Part shown: positions 54,313 to 64,000 of the stretch, piece after piece
How the letters are laid out: each line of letters begins with the position of its first letter
Numbering within the stretch: position 1 is the stretch's first letter
Position numbers and translations under genes: made by a program
Source: Octopus vulgaris
Lineage: Eukaryota
DNA length: 64,000 nt
NCBI GenBank assembly: GCA_951406725.2
Contig: OX597825.1
Location: 23,498,001 to 23,562,000, forward strand
Direction of reading: 5' to 3'
Notes under the pieces: model-generated
Seen by the model: only the letters and a program-made list of their open reading frames with translations
Database searches by the model: none
What the model was told of the DNA's origin: nothing

Positions 54313-54898
54313 GCCTTTCAACTAGAGGCACAAGGCCTCAGATTTGTGGGGAAGGGACTAGTCGATTACATTGGTCCCAGCGTTTCCCTGGTACTTAATT
54401 TATCGACCCCGAAAAGATGAAACGCAAAGTCGACCTCGGCAGAATTTGAACTCACAACGTAACGACAGACGAAATACGTATTTCTTTACTACCCACAAGG
54501 GGCTAAACACAGAGAGGACAAACAAAGACAGACAAACGGATTAAGTCGATTCTATTGACCCCAGTGCGTAACTGGTGCTTAATTTATCGACCCCGAAAGG
54601 ATGAAAGGCAAAGTCGACCTCGGCGGAATTTGAACTCAGAACGTAACGACAGACGAAATACCTATTTCTTTATTTCCCACAAGGGGCTAAACACAGAGGG
54701 GACAAACAAGGACAGACATAGGTATTAAGTCGATTATATCGACCCCCCCCAGTGCGTAACTGGTACTTAATTTATCGACCCCGAAAGGATGAAAGGCAAA
54801 GTCGACCTCGGCAGAATTTGAACTCACAACGTAACGCAGACGAAATACCGTAAAGCATTTCGCACGGCGTGCTAACGTTTCTGCCAGCTCACACGCCT
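54045..54898 (-). mobile_element. Family-B SINE compound (trimer + (AAT)n + monomer)
   Basis: Whole block flanked by a TACAGATTTTATATAT direct repeat (~54030 and ~54900). Confidence 0.8.
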
Positions 54899-55211
54899 TT
54901 ACAGATTTTATATATCCAGTAAAAGAGGTAGCAAGGGTTTTGGATAATTATTTATTTAGCGTTTTGTTCCCGTTTCAGAGATTCATCGAAAGCGCTAAAT
55001 AAGTAATAATACATCTCTGAACGAGGTATACGGTTAGGGCACAGAAAGTGTGCCTATAGCCAGCTGGAGACGATGCTTTCCTGGGGCTACAAGCTACAGT
55101 AACACCCACCCTCATTGGTTAGCCATATTGAGATGGCAAATATACCTCACAATTTCCTAAATAAGTAATCATCCATAATTTTGACTATCTCCTTTTCTCT
55201 CTCTCTCTCCT

Positions 55212-55251
<40 letters not shown>

Positions 55252-56027
55252 CACACACAGAGGTTAGGGTTCGAACTCACGGTCTTCAAATTTAATATAT
55301 TCTAGCAACATTCTTAACCAACACATCTGGCGCAGAGATGTAACATAAACTGAATTCGATTCCTCTGTGTGTAGGTGTGTATGTGTGTGTGTGTATATGT
55401 GTGTGGCTATCTATATGTGTGTGTGCGCATGCGAGAGTCTACGTATGAACCATTTCTCTGTAAGTAATTTAAGAGTACTGCGATAAGCAGAGTCAATAAT
55501 CTTCTCATAGTTATCTCATATTGTGAGCTTAATTCTCATGTCGGCTTCAGAACGTGTTTTCCTTTCTTTCTTTCTTCCTTCCTTCCTTTCTTTTTTTTTT
55601 ACGAGAAAGCTTTGATGTTATAAAACAGTAAAATAATCTTCTGTGTCTAACATTACAAACCCCAATCAATGTTGAGTTTCTTTTCTAGATCTCGTCTTGC
55701 TTTGTCTGGTCAGGTAGAATATTGGTTACAAGCAATTTTCTTCCATTCGATTGGTCATAAGGTTTTTTTCCTTTTTGATTTCGTATTTTATTTCCACTTT
55801 ATGAGGCTATAAGTATATGTGGCACAGCGTGTTCCATTGAATAAATAGGCAATAAACACTACAATGAACCGAAAGATCACTGGTTCGTATCACCACATTA
55901 TTTCTGCGTTGTATCTCAAAGGAAACAAAAATAATAAAAATGGGGTACAACACTTGGGCGAAAAATACAACTTGTGTTTCGTTTGATGCAATGATTTATT
56001 TAACTCCACTCTACTTGTGGACTTTGT

Positions 56028-56317
56028 GGAGGCACGTGGCCTAGTGGTTAGAGAAGCGGACTCGCGATCGCGGGTTCGAATCTCAGACCGGGCGATGCGT
56101 GTGTTTATGAGCGAAACACCTTAGCTCCACGTGGCTGCGGCAGAGGGTAATGGCGAACTTCTGCTGACTCTTTTGTCACAACATTCTCTCACTCTTCCCT
56201 CCTGCATCTTGCAGCTCGCCTGCGATGGACCGGTGTCCCGTCCAGGTAAGGAACCTATACGCCAAGGAAACCGGGAAACCGGCCCTTATGAGCCTGGCAT
56301 GGTTCGAGAAGGAACAA
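56028..56317 (+). mobile_element. SINE family C (V-like tail variant)
   Basis: tRNA head, CTCCACG.GGCT.CGGCAG middle, CTGCGATGGACCGGTGTCCCGTCCAGG; TSD-like ACTTGTGGAC. Confidence 0.85.
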
Positions 56318-57165
56318 ACTTGTGGACATAGGTCTCAAGCAATTGGTTTTACCAAGTTGACTCTCTTTCTATAAAATCAAATGTCGATCTTTTGTAAAAT
56401 ACTTGTCAGTCGACCTAGCAGAAGGGGGTCTTACATTAGCGTGGAGTGCCGACATGTTGTAAAGCTACCAAGAGGAAGGTCACTAAATGGTGCGTATTCT
56501 CTCCTGGTGACCCTTGACTCCTGCTGATGTCTGTTGTGTAGAACTTTCGATTGACAGCACTTGATAACGCGAGCTGATTACAAGTTTCCTCGAAAGTGGA
56601 ACGAAATTTTCACTGCTAAACTTCGACGTTTCAGAATGACTTATCCAAGGGCTAATTCCAACTTTTTTAAAGATATCTCAGAATTTATGATTAAGAACTT
56701 GCTTCGTAACCATATGGTATTGGGTTCAGCCCCTCTGCACAGCACCTTACCCTGGGCAAGTGTCTTCGACTATAGCCGGACTGACCAATATTTTGTCAGT
56801 GAATTTGGAAGACAGAAACTGCACAGAAGCCCATTGTGTGTGTGTGTGTGTGTGTGTGTTTGCACGCGTGTGTATGTGTGTGTGTGTGTGTGTGTGTATC
56901 GTTTGTAGAAAACATAAATCCGAAAAAAGAAGCAGACTCTAAGATGTAGAGCAGTGTATATTAAAAATGGGGAAGGCCGGTCTTTGGGATTACCTTAGGT
57001 TTCCCATCCATTAAAGGGTTTAGTTTTATGGCATATCGTCAGAACCCGGTCTCAAAGCCACGAAAATATTTTGACAAATTAAATTTAAATGTTGAAGTGA
57101 ATCTAACGGTTTTTGTGTCTTTCTTAAATGGCTTATAAACACCTTCCACGCTGCAATTGTTTTCG

Positions 57166-57227
<62 letters not shown>

Positions 57228-57260
57228 GGTGTGGTTGTGTTGACTGCACGTGGAGAAATG

Positions 57261-57376
57261 ATAGGCAAGGAAAAATTATAAAAAGGCAGAATACTAAATT
57301 AAAGGTAAATTTTAATGAAAATGGGTGTATGGAAAATTTTTTAGCATTCTGCCTTTTTATAATTTTCCTTGCCTAT
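57261..57376. repeat. Inverted repeat, ~38-bp arms, adjacent to (TA)n
   Basis: ATAGGCAAGGAAAAATTATAAAAAGGCAGAAT / ATTCTGCCTTTTTATAATTTTCCTTGCCTAT. Confidence 0.75.
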
Positions 57377-58419
57377 ATATAAATATATATTTCTTTACTG
57401 CCCACAAGGGGACAAACAAGGACAGACATAGAGGGGACAAACAAGGACAGACATAGAGGGGACAAACAAGGACAGACAAAGGGATTAAGTTGATTACATC
57501 GACCCCAGTGCGTAACTTGTACTTTATTTATCGACCCCGAAAGGATGAAAGGCAAAGTCGACCTCGACGGAATTTGAACTCGGAACGTAACGACAGACGA
57601 AATACGGCGTGCTAACGATTCTGCCAGCTCTGCCTATATATAAATATATATATATAAATATTTGTGAGTGTGAGTGTTCTCCCGTCCACCACTTGACAAC
57701 CAGTGTTGGTTTGTTTATGTCTCTATAACGAAGGATTTGTAGAACAGCATACGATTTCAGTGCCGGATTAACCTAACAGTAAGAGCATCGTATATCTCGA
57801 AACCGGCACTCTGCGATTAATATTTTATCACTGCAGTGTTGTACTGCTTTCGACCTTTATCAAACCACTGTATTTGATTTTAAATCCAATACTTAAAATA
57901 ACTTCCGAGATCCAAAGTATTTCAAATTGAACAAACTCTAATAATCACATTGAATGGTGACTGGGAATGAGCAGATTTACTTCCCCTTTTCTCGTAAACT
58001 AATTACGCGGTATGTCATTCTGTTTCTCCATTTCGCTGCATTAAATTCGTCATACAAGAATTGAGCTTAATTATTATTTTCCCCCCGTAAATAAGATTGG
58101 TTGAATGAATCAGATTATTATTAATACATTAAAGACTCTGTAATGATAATTATTCCGATTAAATCATATCGGTAAAAGAAACACTTTATTGCGTACAGTT
58201 TCCACTTTAATGTTATGCTGTTTAGCAAAAGTAGAAGACAACCTCAGATTTGTATAAACACAGATTTCGAGAGAGAGAGGGGGGAGAGGGGGAGAGGGAG
58301 AGAGAATGGAGGGAGAGAGTATTTAAGTTTAGAGTGAGAGGATGTGTATGTGTGTGTGAAAGAAGTGAGAGAGAGAGAGAGAGAGAGAAAGAAAGAGAGA
58401 GAGTATTTAAGCTGTTCTT

Positions 58420-58873
58420 TTATTCTTTTACTCTTTTACTTGTTTCAGTCATTTGACTGCGGCCTTGCTGGAGCACCGCCTTTAGTCGAGCAAATCGCCC
58501 CAGGACTTATTCCATGTAAGCCTAGTATTTATTCTCTTTTTGCCGAATCGCTAAGTTACGGGGACATAAACACACCAGCATCGGTTGTCAACGATGGTGG
58601 GGGGGGACAAGCACAGACACAAAAATACACACACACACACACGCAAACACACACACACACACACATACACACACACGTAGTACACACACACACATATATA
58701 TTCATATACACGACAGGCTTCTTTCATTTTCCGTCTACCATATCCACTAACAAGGTTTTGGTCAGCCCTTGGCTATAGTAGAAGACACTTGCCCGAGGTG
58801 CCACGCAGTGGGACTGAACCCGGAACTATGTGGTTGGTAAGCAAGCTACTTACCACACAGCCACTCTTGCGCC
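58420..58873 (-). mobile_element. SINE family A
   Basis: Full-length reverse-complement copy. Confidence 0.85.
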
Positions 58874-59179
58874 TATTTGCTTAAGTAATAAGAGCTTCAA
58901 AGTTTGGCACAATGCCAGCAATTTTTGGAGAAGTTGATTTGTTGACTATATCGACACCAGTTCTCAGTTGGTATTGATTTTATCATCCCGAAATAGATGA
59001 AAAGTTAAGTCAACTTCGGTGATATTTGAACTCAGAACAGTTGCATACGAAACAATGCTATGCATTAGTGAATGTCGTAGCATTTATGCTTTGTATATCT
59101 AGTTCTAGGTATCTGCAGGGTAGGGGGTCCTAACTTAGAGTGCCCACACCCTCTGGGAGTACATCGAAAAGTGAAAGTA

Positions 59180-59380
59180 CAGTTATCCATCGACTATCGC
59201 GGATGTTACGTTCCAAACCAACCCCGCGATAGGTGCAGTACTGTATATTTTCTTTTTATTATTATTATAATTTGTATATATTTATTTTACCATAAATACA
59301 ATACAACACCACAGAGGAATCGACGTAAGTTTAAATAATAAACCGCGATAAGTGAACAATGATATGGCAAGTGATTACTG
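59180..59380. mobile_element. Tigger/pogo-like MITE
   Basis: TA|CAGT ... ACTG|TA ends with degenerate TIRs and internal CCGCGATA subrepeats. Confidence 0.6.
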
Positions 59381-59616
59381 TATATACTTTATTAAAATCG
59401 CTGTTCATAACAAAAATAATCAACTCACTCTTAAGAATAAATTTATTCTGTTAGGCACAGCAAGGGCCTTGTTATTCTAAATACGTGGAATTTACACATC
59501 AGTGATTATGAGCAAAAACTGTGTTCTCACTCTAAATTTAGTAGTATAATATGTGGATTTGAATTTTGTTCTCGTTTGTCAAACAAGAAAAAAAAACCAT
59601 TGCATTATAAAACACG

Positions 59617-60103
59617 TGTTCAAATTCCGCCGAGGTCGATTTTGCCTTTCATCTTTTCGGGGTCGATAAATTAAGTACCAGTTGCGTACTGGTGTCGATC
59701 TAATCGACTGTCTCTCTCCTCCAAAATTTCGGGCCTTGTGCTTAAAGTAGAAAAGATTTATTTCGTCTGCCGCTACGTTCTGAGTTCAAATTCCGCCGAG
59801 GTTGACTTTGCCTTTCATCTTTTCGGGGTCGATAAATTAAGTAGTTGCGTACTGGGGTCGATCTAATCGACTGGCCCTCTCCTCCAAAATTTCGGGCCTT
59901 GTGCCTAAAGTAGAAAAGATTTATTTCGTCTGCCGCTACGTTCTAAGTTCAAATTCCGCCGAGGTTGACTTTGCCTTTCATCCTTTCAGGGTCGATTAAA
60001 TAAGTACCAGTTACGCCCTGGGGTCGATATAATCGACTTAATCTGTTTGTCTGTCCTTGTTTGTCCTCTCTGTGTTTAGCCCCTTGTGGGTAGTAAAGAA
60101 ATA
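59617..60103 (+). mobile_element. 5'-truncated family-B SINE trimer
   Basis: Junctions AGAAAAGATT|TATTTCGTCTG; two old-tail units then one young-tail unit. Confidence 0.8.
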
Positions 60104-60920
60104 AGAAAAGATTATAAAACATGCAGATAATAGAAAGTATTGAAGTCCTAAGTAAACTTACGAATGAGAAATAAGAACAACGTATTCTCTGAATTTCTTT
60201 ATAACAATTTTGATTGATTTCACTGTTTCTTCCGTTATTCTTTCTTTCTAATTACTCCATTTACACTGGCATTTTATGCACTGAATACAAGAAAACTTAT
60301 TGATTGAATTCAATATGTTTACCACTATATTGTACGAGACTCAATAATAAAATTTAAAAATTAGTTATTAGAAAACTTATACAATCAGATACAAGATATA
60401 AGATAATCGTATTCATGACCCTCATTAAAGCGGTGATCAGGCATTTTCCTTAATACCCGTATAAAATACTTACCGACATTTCCTCCGGTTTTATGTTCGG
60501 AGTTCATATTCCGCCGAGAAAAATTTCTCCTTATATCTCTTTGAGGTTGATAAAACAATCAAGTACCAAACAAGTATTGGGGAACGGGAAGGAGCGATGC
60601 GATTAATTAGCCCCCTACCCTTAAAGCAAAATGCTGACCTTGAGCCAAATTCTGTAACAATTTACCCTCAATTCAATAAATATTGATTTCAAATTTTGGC
60701 CCAAGGTCAGCAATTTCAGTGGAGGCGGGTTCGTCGATTACATTGCCCCTAGTGCTCAATTGGTATATATTTTATCGACCCCTGAAGTATGGGATGCAAA
60801 GTCAACCTCAGCGAAATTTGAATTCAGAACACGAAGATGGAATGAACTTCGCTAAGCATTTTTGGCTGGCATGCTAACGATTCAGCCAGCCCACCACCTT
60901 CAATTCAATAAATATTTATG

Positions 60921-61236
60921 TCTTTTATTTATGCGCCCTTTTCAAGCCTAGCGAGGCTCACGGGCCCGGTTTTCCAGTTTCTGTGGCGTATGTGTTCCCC
61001 CCCAGCTGGACGGGACGCCAGTCCATCGCAGCGTTACTCAAGAAACAGGAAGAGAGAGTGAGAGAAAGTTGGGGGGGAAAGAGTACAACAAGGGTCGCCA
61101 CCACCTCCTACCGGAGCCGCGTGGAGCTTTTAGGTGTTTCCACTCAATAAACATACACAACGCCCGGTCTGGGAATCGAAACCGCCATCCCCCAACCGCG
61201 AGTCCGCTGCCCTAACCACTGGGCCATTGCGCATCC
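60921..61236 (-). mobile_element. SINE family C head and middle with family-D V-like tail
   Basis: Head as in the 10935 copy; tail as in 4079-4330; TSD-like AAATATTTAT. Confidence 0.85.
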
Positions 61237-61649
61237 ACAAATATTTATATTGTCCTTGTGTTTTCTTATTATCACTAATATCATTAAAATGTGTATCCCT
61301 CATTTTGTACTATTTCGATTTGCTTAGGGACTAATGGAACAAATCTACCGTGCAAATCGAGGGATACATGTACAAAACCCCGCTGAAAACAACTTCGGCT
61401 TTCATCCTTTTGGGGGCGCTAAAATAAAGTATCAGCCAATTACTGGGGTCGATGCAATCGACTAACACCTTCCTCTTAAAATTTTTGTCCTTGTGCCAAA
61501 ATTTGAAGGAATTGTAACGGGAACAAATATTTTCTGATTCTGACAAACTTCAGAAGATTTAGAAAAGTAGTAACGGAAATCTTGATGTGAAATAGATGTA
61601 AGTGGGAATCGAAACTTCCTCGAAATTCTAATCGAAAAGAACTTAGCTT

Positions 61650-62070
61650 GAATCTTTTCAGTTTGAACGGCAGTTTTTCTAGCGGTGTCATATGAAATTG
61701 TCACCCATAATTATGACCCTAGAATCGATCTATTGCATTTCAATTTCTTTTAGGATTAGGGTTAGGGTTAGGGGTGGGGGGAAGGGTATCTTTTTTTCTT
61801 CACAAATGTAAATAAACCCAATATGTGTCTTAAACGAGGGACATATTCATACGGCACAGAATGCTTTTTAACTCAATGGATGTCATCGATTGGTTGAAAT
61901 TTCAGAAATTGAAGAAAACAACAACAAATATCTTACAAACTATAGAATTTTCTCAATAAAGCCAAGAGAAAAAGATGTTTAATAAACATATTCTACCAGT
62001 ATACGAAGTTTAAAATTTTCTAGTTACCTAGAAATCATGTTAAAAACTGCCGTTCAAACCGAAAAGATCC
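61650..62070. mobile_element. Same 8-bp-TSD MITE, copy 3
   Basis: Same TIRs; perfect TSD CTTAGCTT at 61642-49 and 62071-78. Confidence 0.9.
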
Positions 62071-62102
62071 CTTAGCTTTATCACAAGACTTTTGATTTGT
62101 AC

Positions 62103-62142
62103 CTTTGTCACAGAATCGTATTTCTTTAATAAACATTGGCAT
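62103..62142 (-). CDS. Putative first coding exon of a small - strand gene (MPMFIKEIRFCDK)
   Basis: ATG at 62142 with an in-frame upstream TGA; donor AAG|GTACAA, phase 1; lies just downstream of a promoter-like region. Confidence 0.3.
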
Positions 62143-62324
62143 AAATCCAAAATTACTACGCGTTACATATCAATTAATGCACGTCAGAATTAAAAAGCTG
62201 AAGTTGAACCAGGGAAGTTACGAAAAACAAAAATCAACAGCAACGAAACGAAAACAGCAAAAAACAACAACAAAATACACACAAACAAACAAACAAACAA
62301 ACAAGCATGACGTTCTTCTCATAT

Positions 62325-62410
62325 TTGTCGCCATCTTCTTTCATTTCGTTCAATAAAGACCAAGACCAGATCATCTGCGTTCGGAGGTCACGTGAGAATA
62401 ATGGCTGACA
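62325..62410. promoter_or_regulatory. Promoter-like region (YY1-type CGCCATCTT, E-box GTCACGTG)
   Basis: CGCCATCTT at ~62329-62337 and GGTCACGTGA at ~62386-62395 in unique, relatively CpG-retaining sequence; motif-based inference only. Confidence 0.3.
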
Positions 62411-62707
62411 TTTGAGTAAAAAATCCTAAGTGACAATCTTCGGTATTTTATGGCGTAATAAATAAAATAGCGAGTTAATACGATGCTGGACAATGGTAAC
62501 TAGAATTTAATGTTGATGGGAATTTTCGTTCTTCATTTCTTGTGTTTTTGGCTTTGGTTCTGTTGGGACTTAACGGTGTAATCCATTCATTAATATGCCG
62601 GATTTGCGAACAGAAGAACGTCCATTTTGGTTGTTTGTTACTAATGAGTGGTGATTGATGGTGGAGTTGCTACGTGAGTGTGGAAAAGATGGACAAGCAA
62701 CTGAATA

Positions 62708-62967
62708 CGAGAGAGAGAGGGGGGATAGAGAGGCGGAGATAGAGGGAGAGAAAGAGTGAGCGAGAGAGAGAAGGAGAGAGAGAGAACGAGAGATAGAGAG
62801 AGAGAGAACGAGAGATAGAGAGAGAGAGAACGAGAGAGAGAAGGAGAGAGAGAAAGAACGAAAGAGAGAAAGAGAGAGAGAGAAAGAACGAAAGAAAGAG
62901 AGAGAGAGAGAAAGAACGAAAGAAAGAGAGAGTGAGAGAAAGAACGAGAGAGAGAAGGAGAAAAGAT

Positions 62968-63002
<35 letters not shown>

Positions 63003-63003
63003 G

Positions 63004-63037
<34 letters not shown>

Positions 63038-63049
63038 ACGAGAAAAGAT

Positions 63050-63086
<37 letters not shown>

Positions 63087-63090
63087 CGAA
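62708..63090. repeat. (GA)n-rich repeat with block duplications
   Basis: Direct inspection. Confidence 0.9.
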
Positions 63091-63409
63091 AGAATGAGGA
63101 ATGGTAGAGTGGTAGATGTTGATTCGATCAGGTCTGTTGGCCTTAATTCTCTGAAATGAGGCATGTAATGCGTTAGAAACCTGTCCGGTCCCATTAATGA
63201 AACAATTTGAACGTGCTTCTCCAATCCTCCACACATACGCTCAGACACACACACGCACACACACACAGAGGCAACCAAATAATCAGACACACACACAAGT
63301 ATACATATACACATATACGTTTCTACCAAAACATGTACATATAAAAAAACACATGCATACACACACATTATATGAAATGACCAGATATTACATTAGTCTC
63401 TGACTGTCC

Positions 63410-63612
63410 TTCTGCATCACCTCTTCCTCCCCCTCTCGCTCAATATTTCACTCTTCTTCTTCTTCTTCTTCTTCTTCTTCTTCCATTCTTCTTCCATTCT
63501 TCTTCTTTTCTTCTTCTTCTTCTTCTTCTTCTTCTTCTTCTTCTCCTTCTTCTTCTCCTTCCTCTTCTCTCTCTCTCTCTTAATATTTCACTCTCCTTCT
63601 CTCTCTCTCTCA
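63410..63612. repeat. (CTT)n/(CT)n polypyrimidine repeat
   Basis: Direct inspection. Confidence 0.9.
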
Positions 63613-64000
63613 CCACTTTCATTTTCACATTAACCAACACTGAAAACGATTCAGTTCCAACATGGAGGTATAAGCTTATCTCCCTCCACCACCAACCACT
63701 TGCACCTAAAGCCCCTAAGAAGAGGTGTGGGGGTGAAAAGCACTATATTGTACCCGGGTATTTTCTGGGATGTTATAAAATGTATATTTGTTTTAGCCAT
63801 CACGGTGAAAGCCATCCTAAAGCACCCCCATAAATAGCATTTCATTTTCTCTCTATAACACAAGTTTGCAGAATTTTGAAACGGAAAGGCTCCTGTTGAA
63901 TAGACAAGATTTCCTGGACCTTTTTTCGAGCTGAATCCAAATATGTTATTTTTGTTAAGAAACCAAGTCAAAATCTTGGTATACACATGTTGTGTGGACG

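Overview
AT-rich, repeat-dense eukaryotic genomic DNA. The tRNA-derived SINE families and (TA)n/(CA)n/(GAT)n microsatellites resemble an Octopus (coleoid cephalopod) genome; this assignment is an inference. Almost all ORFs in the supplied track are microsatellite or SINE artefacts. Reading splice sites directly gives two gene models. (1) The last five exons of a + strand gene (5686-27268; 361 aa, phases consistent). It encodes an S/P/T-rich disordered region ending in Phe-cluster repeats, reminiscent of the synaptonemal-complex protein SIX6OS1/C14orf39. (2) A tentative, phase-consistent four-exon - strand gene (62142 to 33891; 119 aa, two SxIP motifs) with a promoter-like region near 62.3-62.4 kb. 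The rest consists of many SINE copies with shuffled modules and fixed-junction multimers, decayed LINEs (RTE, R4/Dong-like, CR1-like, Tx1-like, Penelope-like), two PIF1/Helitron helicase relics, two non-autonomous Helitrons and several MITEs. There are also long palindromes and a set of hammerhead-ribozyme-like motifs, the best at 47111-47185.
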